Below are positions 9,823 through 19,486 of a DNA stretch of 64,000 nucleotides, piece after piece. The notes beneath the pieces are model-generated. The model had not been told where the DNA came from and made no database searches. It worked only from the letters and a program-made list of their open reading frames with translations. Origin of the DNA: Polyangia bacterium (lineage in GTDB: Bacteria; Myxococcota_A; Polyangia; JAAYKL01). The stretch's first letter is position 1. Every line of letters starts with the position of its first letter. The translations under genes were made by a program, and so were the position numbers. The DNA is taken from the NCBI GenBank assembly GCA_050287845.1, contig JBNKCR010000098.1, positions 256,001-320,000 of the forward strand, in the 5' to 3' direction.

Positions 9823-11736
9823 ATGGATTTTCTAGAGCAGAACATCACCCGACTATGGATAGTTAAGGCATTGGCGGAACAGCTGCGGACCCACGAAATT
9901 GGCGAACCTGTGCAGGTACAGATGAAGGCCGGTGGAAACCTGAAAATGATGTACCGGAATGTGTCATTTTATGCGGAGGAGGCCCCGCTTGTTTCCGCGG
10001 CGAAAGATATTCAACGCCTTGTTGGAGAGCGCAAGCAGGATCTGGTGGTGTTTTTCGGAATCGGGTTGGGGATTCATGCAGAGTTCATTAAAAAGCGGTT
10101 TGATGCACCGCTGCTGATTTTTGAACCGAGTCTCGATATACTGAAAACCACACTTTCCCTGCGTCCAATCGAACTTGAAGATACAACCGTGGAATCCAAC
10201 TTCGGTCGCCTGTCAGAACTGGTAGATCGCAAGCTGGAGCATTCAGACCGAAAAATGATTATCGCTGCGCATCCCGGATACCAGGAACTGTTTTCGGATG
10301 AATTCGAGCGATTTGTATTTCTGGTGCGGCAGGCGCTGAACAATGTCATCATTCGGGATAACACCATGGCGCGGGGATTTTTGTGGTCTAGATTTCAGAT
10401 GACCAATCTACGGCGGACACTTTCGACCCCATCCATTCTGGGATTGAAAAAATTCTGTGCGGGAGTCCCCGGGATATTTGTCGGAGCTGGGCCGTCACTT
10501 ACCAGAAACATCAGTCAGCTTCGCGATGTGCAGGGGAAAGCATTGATTATTGCGGCTTCCACTGCGCTGCAGCCATTGGATAAAGCGGGAGTCCGGCCAG
10601 ATGTGGTGATGGTGATTGAGTCGAATGATCACCGGTATCAATATCAGGATGTGAGCTGTCTTGAAAATATCACGCTTGTTCCCACTGCGTTCGCACATCC
10701 CAGTAATTTCGAGGTGCCGGCTAAAAGAATTCTCTCTTTGCTTACGCATCCCACGGCAATTCATGACTGGATTATGAAGGCATATGGACCTACGGATGCG
10801 GCGATTACCGGTGGCAGCGTTTCGCTGGCAGCGTTTTCGGTACTGTTCGAAATTGGCTGTGACCCCATCATTGCGCTTGGAATGGACCTGGCATTCACAG
10901 ATGATGAAACCCATGTGAGCGGAGCGAAAAGTGCCGCTGCCGGCACCCGTTTCGATGCAGAGAAATCTCAGCTTGAATATTACGTGAAGGATGCAACCTC
11001 TGAATTTTTTACCAGTCGGGGGTTTAAATTGGAAAACGGGCATGTCTATCACACCCGACCTGCGTCCCGTTGCGTTGCGTGGGGAACCGGTGAACCGACC
11101 GTGTATACCGATCCGGTGTTCAATACATACCGGGCATGGCTGGAAGGGTCGGCCGATACCTGGGCATCTGAGAAAACGCTGATAAACGCCACGGAAGGCG
11201 GTGGCAGAATTCGCGGATTTGAAGAAATCCCATTTCGCACGGTGATTGAAAACTATATTCATGACGAGTATCCCATCGAACAGTGGATGGACGAACTGGA
11301 GAAAACCTTTGTCCCCCTGGACCTGTCACCGCTGAAGACGGTCATCCGGGAGGAACATATGCTGGTGCAGAAAGTGGGGCAATTGGCGGGAAAATGTCTT
11401 TCCACAGCACTGCAGACCATTGCGTTGATTGATGAAAACAGACTGGTCAGGGCCCAACGGGAACTCGGTCGCCTGTCAGCAATGGAAAAGGAAATCGGAA
11501 TGCTTTCGAGAGAATCGCGGATTTTGAATCAAATCAGCCATAAGGCCGCTGCGACGTTACGTCTGACTCGGCACGAGGACAAGTCAGACGACCCTTTGGT
11601 GCAGACGAAAAATTCACTGAACCGCAGCGTAAAACTTTTTGAGGAAATTCGCAGCGGGTGCCAGAAAGGGGCGTCTCTTTTTGAAATGGCGGCGGAAGAG
11701 CTGGCGGAACCCGGGGCGGACGAATCTTTCGAATGA
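9823..11736 (+). CDS. Motility-associated factor (Maf/DUF115, MptE-like) glycosyltransferase family protein
   Basis: FFGIGLG..FEP, VGAGPSL, GGSV, GCDPIIALGMDLAF, INATEGG. ATG 9823 preferred over TTG 9748. Confidence 0.85.
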   Translation: MDFLEQNITRLWIVKALAEQLRTHEIGEPVQVQMKAGGNLKMMYRNVSFYAEEAPLVSAAKDIQRLVGERKQDLVVFFGIGLGIHAEFIKKRFDAPLLIFEPSLDILKTTLSLRPIELEDTTVESNFGRLSELVDRKLEHSDRKMIIAAHPGYQELFSDEFERFVFLVRQALNNVIIRDNTMARGFLWSRFQMTNLRRTLSTPSILGLKKFCAGVPGIFVGAGPSLTRNISQLRDVQGKALIIAASTALQPLDKAGVRPDVVMVIESNDHRYQYQDVSCLENITLVPTAFAHPSNFEVPAKRILSLLTHPTAIHDWIMKAYGPTDAAITGGSVSLAAFSVLFEIGCDPIIALGMDLAFTDDETHVSGAKSAAAGTRFDAEKSQLEYYVKDATSEFFTSRGFKLENGHVYHTRPASRCVAWGTGEPTVYTDPVFNTYRAWLEGSADTWASEKTLINATEGGGRIRGFEEIPFRTVIENYIHDEYPIEQWMDELEKTFVPLDLSPLKTVIREEHMLVQKVGQLAGKCLSTALQTIALIDENRLVRAQRELGRLSAMEKEIGMLSRESRILNQISHKAAATLRLTRHEDKSDDPLVQTKNSLNRSVKLFEEIRSGCQKGASLFEMAAEELAEPGADESFE

Positions 11737-11789
11737 AAGAAAACCGCACTTTTTTTGATTCAACAGATAAAGATAAGTACAAATGAAAA

Positions 11790-12716
11790 GTGTGGTTACC
11801 AGTATACAAGTGGCACGGGACAATTCTTCTGTCGGCATTGCTGATGTTATTCTGCAAGCTGTTGAATGCGGCCCCCATTCCTTCTGACAGCAATACTGCC
11901 ATCTGGTTTGATGTCTCCAAATCAGCGCATCTTCTGGCGCTGCTTTTTTTTTCCGGTTTGTTTTTTTTATTTGTCTGGCGGGGAAAAAAGGGCAGAGCGC
12001 TCTATATTCGTCCCATTGATGCCATGGAAAAAATGACCGATGCCATTGGTCGGGCAGCGGAGATGGGTACGCCAATACTATATGCGCCGGGGTTAGGTTC
12101 GCTGACCGATCCGGTAACGGTGGCATCTTTGAATATCCTGTCGAAAGTATCGGAGAAGGGTGCCCGCCTTCACACTCGAACACTCGTTCCCAATTATGGT
12201 CCACTCACCTGGCCAGTGGCCCAGGAAGTTGTGCGTCAGGCATTTGTGCGGGCCGGGCGAAGCGGCGAATACAATCCGGATGACGTGCCGTATTTTACCA
12301 GTCGATCATTTACATATGCTGCAGCGACAGTGGGAATGATGCAGCGGGAAAAAAGTGCGAGCAATTTTTTTATCGGCCATTTTTATTCCGAGTCACTCAT
12401 TCTCACCGAAAACGGCGCCGCCTCCGGTGCACTGCAAATCGGCGGAACAGATTCCGTGGAACAGCTGCCATTTTTTATCACCACTTGCGACAAGGTAATG
12501 ATTGGTGAGGAGATTTTTGCAGCATCAGCGCTGGTGACGGATGATCCGGTCAGTCGTTCAGTGGTGAAGGCCAGTGACTGGTTCAAGGTAGCGATACTGA
12601 TCGTTTTTGCACTTGGTCTGGTCGCAGCGATTCTTCAGGCGGTGGCCGGTGATGAATTTCTGCGGGCCCATTCACTGGAATGGATTACTGCATTCACATC
12701 GGGAGAGTGGCTTTGA
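11790..12716 (+). CDS. DUF6754-like membrane protein
   Basis: YIRPI..M..AIGRAAEMGTPILYAPG, ESLILTENG...GALQIGGT...QLPFFITTCD..IGEE.FAASA. Confidence 0.75.
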   Translation: MWLPVYKWHGTILLSALLMLFCKLLNAAPIPSDSNTAIWFDVSKSAHLLALLFFSGLFFLFVWRGKKGRALYIRPIDAMEKMTDAIGRAAEMGTPILYAPGLGSLTDPVTVASLNILSKVSEKGARLHTRTLVPNYGPLTWPVAQEVVRQAFVRAGRSGEYNPDDVPYFTSRSFTYAAATVGMMQREKSASNFFIGHFYSESLILTENGAASGALQIGGTDSVEQLPFFITTCDKVMIGEEIFAASALVTDDPVSRSVVKASDWFKVAILIVFALGLVAAILQAVAGDEFLRAHSLEWITAFTSGEWL

Positions 12717-13351
12717 AAAGTGATTTCAGCTACAGATTGCCCTATGTCATCATGGCGGTTCTGGGGATGTTCATGATTGTGCAGTATTACATACCCCATC
12801 CGTCGGTGCAGGCACCTCGTGCACTCATGCTCCAGTGGAAACAACCCCTCAATGGATTCATCATTCTGCTTGCCATCATTGGCATTGCCACAGCGCATAT
12901 TCGAAAAGTGTATTCCCGGGAGCGCAGATGGGGATATTCGCTGATTACACTCATGTCAATGGCTGCCATGATCTTCGTGGGGTTTGCATTTGGTGTTCAG
13001 GATGGCTCGGTATTTTCGGACTGGTTTAAATATCTGATTTCTCCCATCGAAGCCACGATGTTTTCGTTGCTTGCATTTTATGTGGCATCGGCCGCATTCC
13101 GGGCGTTCCGTGCCCGTTCGACGGCGGCGACCATTCTGCTGATTTCCGCAACACTCGTAATGCTGGCGTTGATTCCTGCCATTTCGCAGTACCTGCCGCT
13201 GATAGACGATGTGTCCGGATTTATTCTGAAGTATCCGAATACCGCCGCCAAACGGGCCATATTGATTGGGGTATCCCTGGGCGCCATTTCGGTTGCGCTG
13301 AAGACTATCCTGGGCATCGATCGGACCTTGCTGGAACGGGAAGGCAAATGA
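12713..13351 (+). CDS. Conserved multi-pass membrane protein of the DUF6754 operon
   Basis: About 6 hydrophobic helices; ATMFSLLAFYVASAAFRAFRAR, PNTAAKRAI; TTGA overlap with the upstream gene. Confidence 0.75.
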   Translation: MKSDFSYRLPYVIMAVLGMFMIVQYYIPHPSVQAPRALMLQWKQPLNGFIILLAIIGIATAHIRKVYSRERRWGYSLITLMSMAAMIFVGFAFGVQDGSVFSDWFKYLISPIEATMFSLLAFYVASAAFRAFRARSTAATILLISATLVMLALIPAISQYLPLIDDVSGFILKYPNTAAKRAILIGVSLGAISVALKTILGIDRTLLEREGK

Positions 13352-14205
13352 ACTGGATTGAAAATCTCGCAGTGAAAGTGGCTTCCCTTGACCGCCGGTA
13401 CGTCTTTATTGCCATTTTTTTCACCGTGGCGTTGCCATTTTTTTTGCCCATGCACTTTACGGCCACGCCCCGGGAGGAAACGATTCAATTCGATGCCGCA
13501 TTGACGACCGCACTGGCGTCATCAAAGCCGATTCTGGTGGATATAGACTTCGGGCCGCAGACAATGGCGGAGATGGAACCGATGTTGCTGGCCGTATTGC
13601 ATCGGATTTTTAAAAGTGGTCATCAAGTGATTTTCATCACGTTCATGACCGAAGCGGCGTCTCCCATCCGCAACTACCTTGCGCAGATGGCCAGTCATTA
13701 TCAGTTGAATTACGGTACGGATTATGTGTTTCTGGGCTACGCCTCCGCTTATGCGTATACCATGTATGGTCTGGGAAATTCCTTTGCCGACTATTTTCAT
13801 AGCGATGATCGGGGGACGCCCATCGAAGACCTGACGATAATGAAAAGCGTAAAAAGCCTCAGGGATGTCAGCGCGGTAGTGAATATCGCCTCCAATGCGT
13901 TTCCCCGGTTCTGGATTCAATATGGGGTAACACCTCATGGATTTGATTTCCTGGCGGGGACAACGGCGGTTGGCGCTGCGGAATATTATCCCTATCTGCA
14001 GACCGGTCAGTTGAAAGGTCTTCTGGCAGGTGGACGGGGAGCGGCGGAGTATGAAACATACCTGACAGCGGCTGGTGTATTGTTTGGTCCGGGGGATGCC
14101 ACCACGGGGCTGGGATCTCAGTCACTGGCCCTCATTACTATTCTCGGCTTCATTCTGCTGGGGAATGTGGCGACGTTTCTGGGAAGCAGGGAGCGAAACC
14201 GTTGA
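13348..14205 (+). CDS. Conserved membrane-anchored protein of the DUF6754 operon
   Basis: DRRYVF, AEMEP, YGTDYVFLGY, YPYLQTGQLKGLLAGGRGAAEYE, GN at C-terminus; ATGA overlap. Confidence 0.75.
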   Translation: MNWIENLAVKVASLDRRYVFIAIFFTVALPFFLPMHFTATPREETIQFDAALTTALASSKPILVDIDFGPQTMAEMEPMLLAVLHRIFKSGHQVIFITFMTEAASPIRNYLAQMASHYQLNYGTDYVFLGYASAYAYTMYGLGNSFADYFHSDDRGTPIEDLTIMKSVKSLRDVSAVVNIASNAFPRFWIQYGVTPHGFDFLAGTTAVGAAEYYPYLQTGQLKGLLAGGRGAAEYETYLTAAGVLFGPGDATTGLGSQSLALITILGFILLGNVATFLGSRERNR

Positions 14206-14831
14206 GCACCGATCCTTACATCTGGATTGCCGCCATTCTGACCCTGGGCGTATTTTCATTTCTGTATCGGGACAACGCGTTTTTTGCCGTATGTGAACAT
14301 CTGGTGGTCGGACTAAGCGCCGGTTACATGTTTGTTATCTATTGGCAGAATGTGTTTTATCCCGAACTCATTCTGCCGCTCCGGGAAAGTGGCACCGGAC
14401 ATAACGCCCACCTCTGGGTGCCGGTGGGAATCTGTTTTCTCTGGTCGTGCAAATATCTTGAAAAAACCCGGGATATGTACCGGTTGGCCCTGGCGTTCTG
14501 GCTTTCCATCGACTTGGGACTATCCATTCCCACCCATATGGATGCCGGCGTGCTGGCGCAGATTGCCGGAACGGTTTCTGCGCCGCTCACCGGAACGCCG
14601 GTGGAGATAGCTGGAAATCTGGTGATCATGCTGGGAACCAGTGCAGCACTGTTCTATTTCTTTTTTTCAAAAGAGCAGACGGGGGTTTTCAAAGGGGTTT
14701 CCACTGTGGGCACCTGGGTTTTAATGGTGGGGTTTGGCGCATCATTCAGCTACGTTATTCTGTCGCGAATCTATCTGCTCATTGGTCGTCTGCTGTTTCT
14801 GTTCCGGGACTGGCTTGGCATCGTAAACTGA
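14202..14831 (+). CDS. Conserved multi-pass membrane protein of the DUF6754 operon
   Basis: LTLGVFSFLYRDN..F...EHLVVGLSAGY, YFFFS, LMVGFGASF; TTGA overlap. Confidence 0.75.
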   Translation: MSTDPYIWIAAILTLGVFSFLYRDNAFFAVCEHLVVGLSAGYMFVIYWQNVFYPELILPLRESGTGHNAHLWVPVGICFLWSCKYLEKTRDMYRLALAFWLSIDLGLSIPTHMDAGVLAQIAGTVSAPLTGTPVEIAGNLVIMLGTSAALFYFFFSKEQTGVFKGVSTVGTWVLMVGFGASFSYVILSRIYLLIGRLLFLFRDWLGIVN

Positions 14832-14896
14832 ATTCAACGACTGAATCGATGTTGTTCTGAAACGGAGATAAAGGTATATTTCAATTCTGAAAACGG

Positions 14897-15100
14897 ATGA
14901 AATTCTGCATATTCTGCCTTGCGCGTTTCAATTCATCATATTTTGCAACGTTAGCGTTTACTGCGACAGATCGGATTCAACTGGCGGTGTTTTTCGGTTC
15001 CTATGCGACGGGGGAGGCGCGGCCATCCAGTGATGTGGATGTTGCGGTTTACGCGGACTCTCACCACTTTTCCGGGGACGCCACGTTCCAGCTCAACTGA
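14897..15100 (+). pseudogene. Fragment of a minimal nucleotidyltransferase (MNT/MntA-like)
   Basis: IQLAVFFGSYATGEARPSSDVDVAV (GS-x10-DxD) in a 67-aa ORF that stops early; no HEPN partner nearby. Confidence 0.55.
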
Positions 15101-15112
15101 TGCATTCCGGAT

Positions 15113-15144
15113 AAAAAAAATCCCCCTCTCTTACGAGAGGGGGA
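15113..15144 (-). terminator. Rho-independent terminator
   Basis: Minus strand TCCCCCTCTC-GTAA-GAGAGGGGGA followed by T8. Confidence 0.85.
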
Positions 15145-15356
15145 GAATCAAGAGTGGGTGAGCTTGTGAATCCGGTTCAGCAGGAGCAGGAGCACAGGTT
15201 GAGCATAAATCAGTGGAATATGAACTTCGACGTCAATAGGAACAAACGGTGGAACTGGAGCTGGAACGTGTGCATCAGATCGTGGTTGTCAGCTGGAATG
15301 TGTAGCTTGAGCAGGTGCATGAATTTCAGCGTGAGTAAAAAGCGCATGAGCAGGAA

Positions 15357-15824
15357 TTAGCAGGAGTATCTGACAGCAAGAACATCAAATGGAACCTGAG
15401 AAGGTGTACGAGATTGAGATCTTTCACTCTTGGACGAAAATGAATTTATTTTTTCTTTTACGAAACTGGCAATCTCCTTGAAATGGAAGGGTCTGGGAAT
15501 AAAACCAACTACACCGGTTTCTGCTTTGGCAAGTTGAACAGGAGATAGAAAATAGTCGGACATCAGCATGGTAGTAATCGATGGAAATTGAGTTCGAATC
15601 ATCCGTGCGAGCTGCAGGCCGTTAATGTCGGGGATCATGAGGTCGATGAGCACTACATGAAAAGTCGTTTCAGCAAGAGTTTCAAGCGCAGAATGTGCAT
15701 CAGTGGTACCGGATACCTGGAATCCTTCTGATTCCAGACCTGCAAGAAGAGAACCTAATTCGGTGGCGTTGTCGTTTACGATCAGTACTTTCGGTTTCGC
15801 CTGTCTGGACTTCGCTGTGATCAT
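15357..15824 (-). CDS. Stand-alone atypical receiver-domain (response regulator) protein
   Basis: KVLIVNDN, VLIDLMIPDINGLQLA, FIPRPF; ATG 15824 preceded by GGAGG and downstream of a sigma54 site. Confidence 0.85.
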   Translation of the reverse strand: MITAKSRQAKPKVLIVNDNATELGSLLAGLESEGFQVSGTTDAHSALETLAETTFHVVLIDLMIPDINGLQLARMIRTQFPSITTMLMSDYFLSPVQLAKAETGVVGFIPRPFHFKEIASFVKEKINSFSSKSERSQSRTPSQVPFDVLAVRYSC

Positions 15825-15873
15825 GTGTGATGCCCTCCATTTCAAGGCGTTTGCCATTTCGCCAATGGGTATG

Positions 15874-15889
15874 AGCAACCTTTGTGCCA
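15874..15889 (-). promoter_or_regulatory. sigma54 (-24/-12) promoter
   Basis: Minus strand TGGCACAAAGGTTGCT, exact TGGCAC-N5-TTGC consensus. Confidence 0.8.
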
Positions 15890-16080
15890 AACCTGTTTCA
15901 AAGGGGAGGAATGGCGGAAACACCAGTATTCGCAGGAAAACCAGATATCAAACGGTTCATTCTTTTTAACAATTGTACTCAGGGAGTTTCAAATTTGAAA
16001 AAGGTAACGCCTGATGTGAAATTACATTGTCCGAACATCATGGTTCCTGAGTGGGATTGCGGTTCTGGAAAGGAAATGGG

Positions 16081-18531
16081 TTACCGTTTTTTTCCATTGA
16101 AATACTCAATGACACTCAGAATGCAGGGCAGAAAAAAAACAGCCGCAACAAAAGTGGAACCGATACCAATCATGGCCGTATACCCAAGGGATTTGAGCCC
16201 GAGGTTGTGGGCAACAATGGTGGTTCCAAAACCGATAGCCGTGGTGGCGCTGGCGAGGAATGCGGCAGCGCCGGTATTGCGAAGCACAAATAGAATACTT
16301 CCGGGGCCTTCCTCGCGGTAGCGGTGAAGAATATGAACGGCATTGTCGATACCAATGCCAATCACACTTGGAATGACAACCATATTGAACATATTGAAAT
16401 CAATATGAAACAATTTCAGCAGCGCCACGAATGTCAGCATTCCCACCGCAAGCGGGAGCACCAGCAATGTTACATCTCTGGCATTCTTGAAATCCAGAAT
16501 CAGCAACGCCAGTACCATAATGGATGCCAGCACCAGCATGGGGAGCCCATCGGCCTTCACCACCCGGTACACCCAGGAAATGATAAGGGTTTCGTCGGCT
16601 TTCTCATGCCTTATTCCGCTCTCATTGAGCTTTTTCGAAACCGATTCCAATCGATCCTCCCACTGAGCAGCACGGTAATCGGCATCGTGAGCGCCCGCCG
16701 ACCACACATATACGATGTATCCGGGGTTCTCCCGGTTCAGCGTGAGAAAGCGGCGTTTGAAAGTTTCGGGGAGGTCTGCCACAGTCCACGGGGCCTTTTT
16801 TACCATTTCCCGGGCATCGCGTAGTTTCTGGCCCTCTCTGGTTTGTTTCTCGGCAGCCTTGTCGAGGGTGGATGACCATAGGATTTCACTGAGTTTTTCG
16901 ATTCGACGCCGATGCGCCGGCACATCCTTTGGCAAAAGTGCGTTTACCGAAAGTACTTTATCAATTCGCGAAGACGCATGATCGCTGCGATGCTTCTCCC
17001 GGTACACTTTGAGCGTCGCTTCGATTCTGCCTGCATCCTCAATGGAATTCGCAATGAATACCGCCGGATTGAATCCGGTACCCATGTTATTGTTCACGTA
17101 ATCGAAAAATTCGGTGGCGCTGGAGTATCCCCTCAGTTCCCTGAAATCGTTTCGAAACGGAATTGTATTCAGATTGAATACTCCGTACATCGCCAGTGCC
17201 GAAAGCAGCACAATCGTGGTGGCGGACAGTGGAAAGGATATCCGCGTGCGTGCACCCTCCGCAGCGGCCTGTTTTTTTGATGACCATTTGCCTTTACCCG
17301 GTTCCGCCTTTTTCCACGTAATTCGAATGAGTGGGGGAAGGGTGACAAATGCGCTGATCAGCGTAAACATGACACCGGTGCCGGCGATGAGACCGAATTC
17401 AGAGAATCCGCGGAATTTCGCTGCGGCAAACGAGAAGAACACCCCCGCAGTGGTGAGGGCCGCGGTGAGCGCCGGCGATGCCGTTCCCTTCACAAATCGT
17501 ATAAAGGCTTCTTCTTTGCTCAGCCGGCTATCCTTCATCTCCTGGATGTATCGCATGAACAGGTGGATACCGAAATCAATACCCAGACCAATGAGCACCG
17601 CAGCCAGAAATCCGGTAATGATATTCACATGTCCCACATAAAGCCTGGCCATTGCAAAGGTCCACACGATACCCGCAAAAAGAGAGCTGACCACAATGAC
17701 CGGCGCCAATAGTTTTCTGGTGAAGCCGGCAACAATGAGGATACCGAAAATAGCGGCAAGCACCGATGCGGTGACCATGTCGCGCCTCATGACCACGTGC
17801 TGTTCGGTGAGAATCTCCAGCGCGCCGGCATACCGCACCGATACCCCATGCGCCGCAGGATCCGCATTGTTCACTGTGCGCTTGATGCTGGAAACCAGCT
17901 CTTTTGCCAGTTCCATGTCGGAGAACTTGATGGTGGGAACCAGCACAATGAACGTGTACCGGTTGTCTTTACTGTGCAGTATGCCATCAAAGGGCATCTT
18001 TCGGGCAGCATTCGAAATGTCCGATACTTTTTTCCAGGCGGCGGTCAGCTCCGCCTGTTCTTCCTCTTCATCCAGATGAAGGGCCAGCGGGTTGGCCTGG
18101 GACTTGGCAATGGATACCGCGTCCTCCACCGCCGGTATCAGCTTATCGAGGGTTTCGGTGTCTGCGAGCCACAGGGCACGTTCCTGGAAGAATTCAACGG
18201 GCAGCTCCACATCAACCGCACGAACATGATTCAGCTTTTCCAATCGTGGAGCGATTAGCTTGCCGAATGCCAGTCTTTTGTCCGGGTCTTTTCCTTTGAT
18301 GGCCACGACCAGCTGACGTGTACCACCTGTTCTTGTGCGAACGTGGTCAACATTCTGAACTTCAGGGGCGCCGACTGGCAGCAATGCTTCGTAACTCGAA
18401 TCGAACCTCAGGCCAGATGCGTATAAACCAGCGCCAATAGTGAGCAGAGCAGAGAGCCCCAAAAACAGAAGTGGATGTTTTAACTGGGCATTGGCCAGTT
18501 TTTCAGCGAATTTTTCAGTGTTCAGCAACAT
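16081..18531 (-). CDS. MMPL/RND-family lipid transporter
   Basis: Two repeats with GLGIDFGIH and GIGIDNAVHI..RY.E motifs, about 12 TM helices. Confidence 0.9.
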   Translation of the reverse strand: MLLNTEKFAEKLANAQLKHPLLFLGLSALLTIGAGLYASGLRFDSSYEALLPVGAPEVQNVDHVRTRTGGTRQLVVAIKGKDPDKRLAFGKLIAPRLEKLNHVRAVDVELPVEFFQERALWLADTETLDKLIPAVEDAVSIAKSQANPLALHLDEEEEQAELTAAWKKVSDISNAARKMPFDGILHSKDNRYTFIVLVPTIKFSDMELAKELVSSIKRTVNNADPAAHGVSVRYAGALEILTEQHVVMRRDMVTASVLAAIFGILIVAGFTRKLLAPVIVVSSLFAGIVWTFAMARLYVGHVNIITGFLAAVLIGLGIDFGIHLFMRYIQEMKDSRLSKEEAFIRFVKGTASPALTAALTTAGVFFSFAAAKFRGFSEFGLIAGTGVMFTLISAFVTLPPLIRITWKKAEPGKGKWSSKKQAAAEGARTRISFPLSATTIVLLSALAMYGVFNLNTIPFRNDFRELRGYSSATEFFDYVNNNMGTGFNPAVFIANSIEDAGRIEATLKVYREKHRSDHASSRIDKVLSVNALLPKDVPAHRRRIEKLSEILWSSTLDKAAEKQTREGQKLRDAREMVKKAPWTVADLPETFKRRFLTLNRENPGYIVYVWSAGAHDADYRAAQWEDRLESVSKKLNESGIRHEKADETLIISWVYRVVKADGLPMLVLASIMVLALLILDFKNARDVTLLVLPLAVGMLTFVALLKLFHIDFNMFNMVVIPSVIGIGIDNAVHILHRYREEGPGSILFVLRNTGAAAFLASATTAIGFGTTIVAHNLGLKSLGYTAMIGIGSTFVAAVFFLPCILSVIEYFNGKKR

Positions 18532-18684
18532 AATGTTTTGCTTCCGATGTTTTTAGCGGTCTTCACGATACCATATACCGAAAAAAAAAAAGTTCGCAAA
18601 AGTGTTTTAACACTTCGTGACAGGACCGTGAGATGGTAAAGAGCCTCTCGGGGCTGAGCTGCCAGTCTATACGTATACATTAAG

Positions 18685-18700
18685 TGGCACGACCGTGGCG
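18685..18700 (+). promoter_or_regulatory. Candidate sigma54 promoter for the PKS operon
   Basis: TGGCACGACCGTGGCG: perfect -24 element, GG-N10-GC spacing, imperfect -12 (TGGC). Confidence 0.45.
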
Positions 18701-18799
18701 TTTTACTGTTTGTATTTTTTTTAAGAATGTGACAGATTCACGGGCGCAAAATCGGCAGATACAGTCCGTGCCGTGGTTTTTCGACTTAAGGAAGGCAAT

Positions 18800-19486
18800 T
18801 TGAACACGCAGCGAACACAGGGCATCATCTTTGACTTGGATGGCACACTTTATCAAATGAAATTCATGAAAATTAAGATGACGGTCAGACTCCTTCGGTC
18901 CCTTGTGTTTCTTCGTCAGCTTTCTGCCGCCCGGTCGGTGGTTCGCCAGAATCGTTTTGGCGGGCGTGCTGATTTACTGGCGTCATTTTATAGCGAACTG
19001 GCTTCGCGTACCGGCAAATCAGTGCAACAGTCCCGGAACTGGTATGAAAATGATTTTTATCGGGCATTTATCCAGGTGCTTGCGCGCTGGGCCGAACCCC
19101 GTGCCGGATTGACGGATCTGCTTGGAAAGTTACGGCAGAGTGGTTTGAAGCTCGCTGTCGTGTCGGATTTCGGACGAATCATCGAGCGGCTGGAAGCGCT
19201 TCGAATCGATCCGGCGCTATTCGATATCATTAAAAGTTCAGAGGATTGCGGTGCACTGAAGCCTGCCCCGGAGTCATTTCTGTCCGTCGCGCGAATCTGG
19301 GGTTTTCCCCCTCAGGAGATTCTCGTTGTGGGAGACAGAGAGGATCGGGATGGCGAAGGAGCCCATCACGCCGGAATGCCGTTTCTGGGCATTACAGATA
19401 AACGGAACACACGTGCAGACTTCTATTCCTGGAAAGACGCTTTGATAAAACTTGAGTTAACAACGAATTGTGGAGTGAACGTATGA
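18800..19486 (+). CDS. HAD-family phosphatase (HAD-IA)
   Basis: IFDLDGTLY, VVSD, LKPAP, VGDREDRD. TTG 18800 after AAGGAAGG (GTG 18773 is an alternative start). Stop overlaps the PKS ATG. Confidence 0.88.
   Translation: MNTQRTQGIIFDLDGTLYQMKFMKIKMTVRLLRSLVFLRQLSAARSVVRQNRFGGRADLLASFYSELASRTGKSVQQSRNWYENDFYRAFIQVLARWAEPRAGLTDLLGKLRQSGLKLAVVSDFGRIIERLEALRIDPALFDIIKSSEDCGALKPAPESFLSVARIWGFPPQEILVVGDREDRDGEGAHHAGMPFLGITDKRNTRADFYSWKDALIKLELTTNCGVNV

Noticed and set aside
15148..15370. Minus-strand frame with an in-frame TGA (possible selenoprotein) and a 45-aa ORF
   Set aside because: No Cys/Sec context, RBS or SECIS evident; better explained as low-complexity RNA
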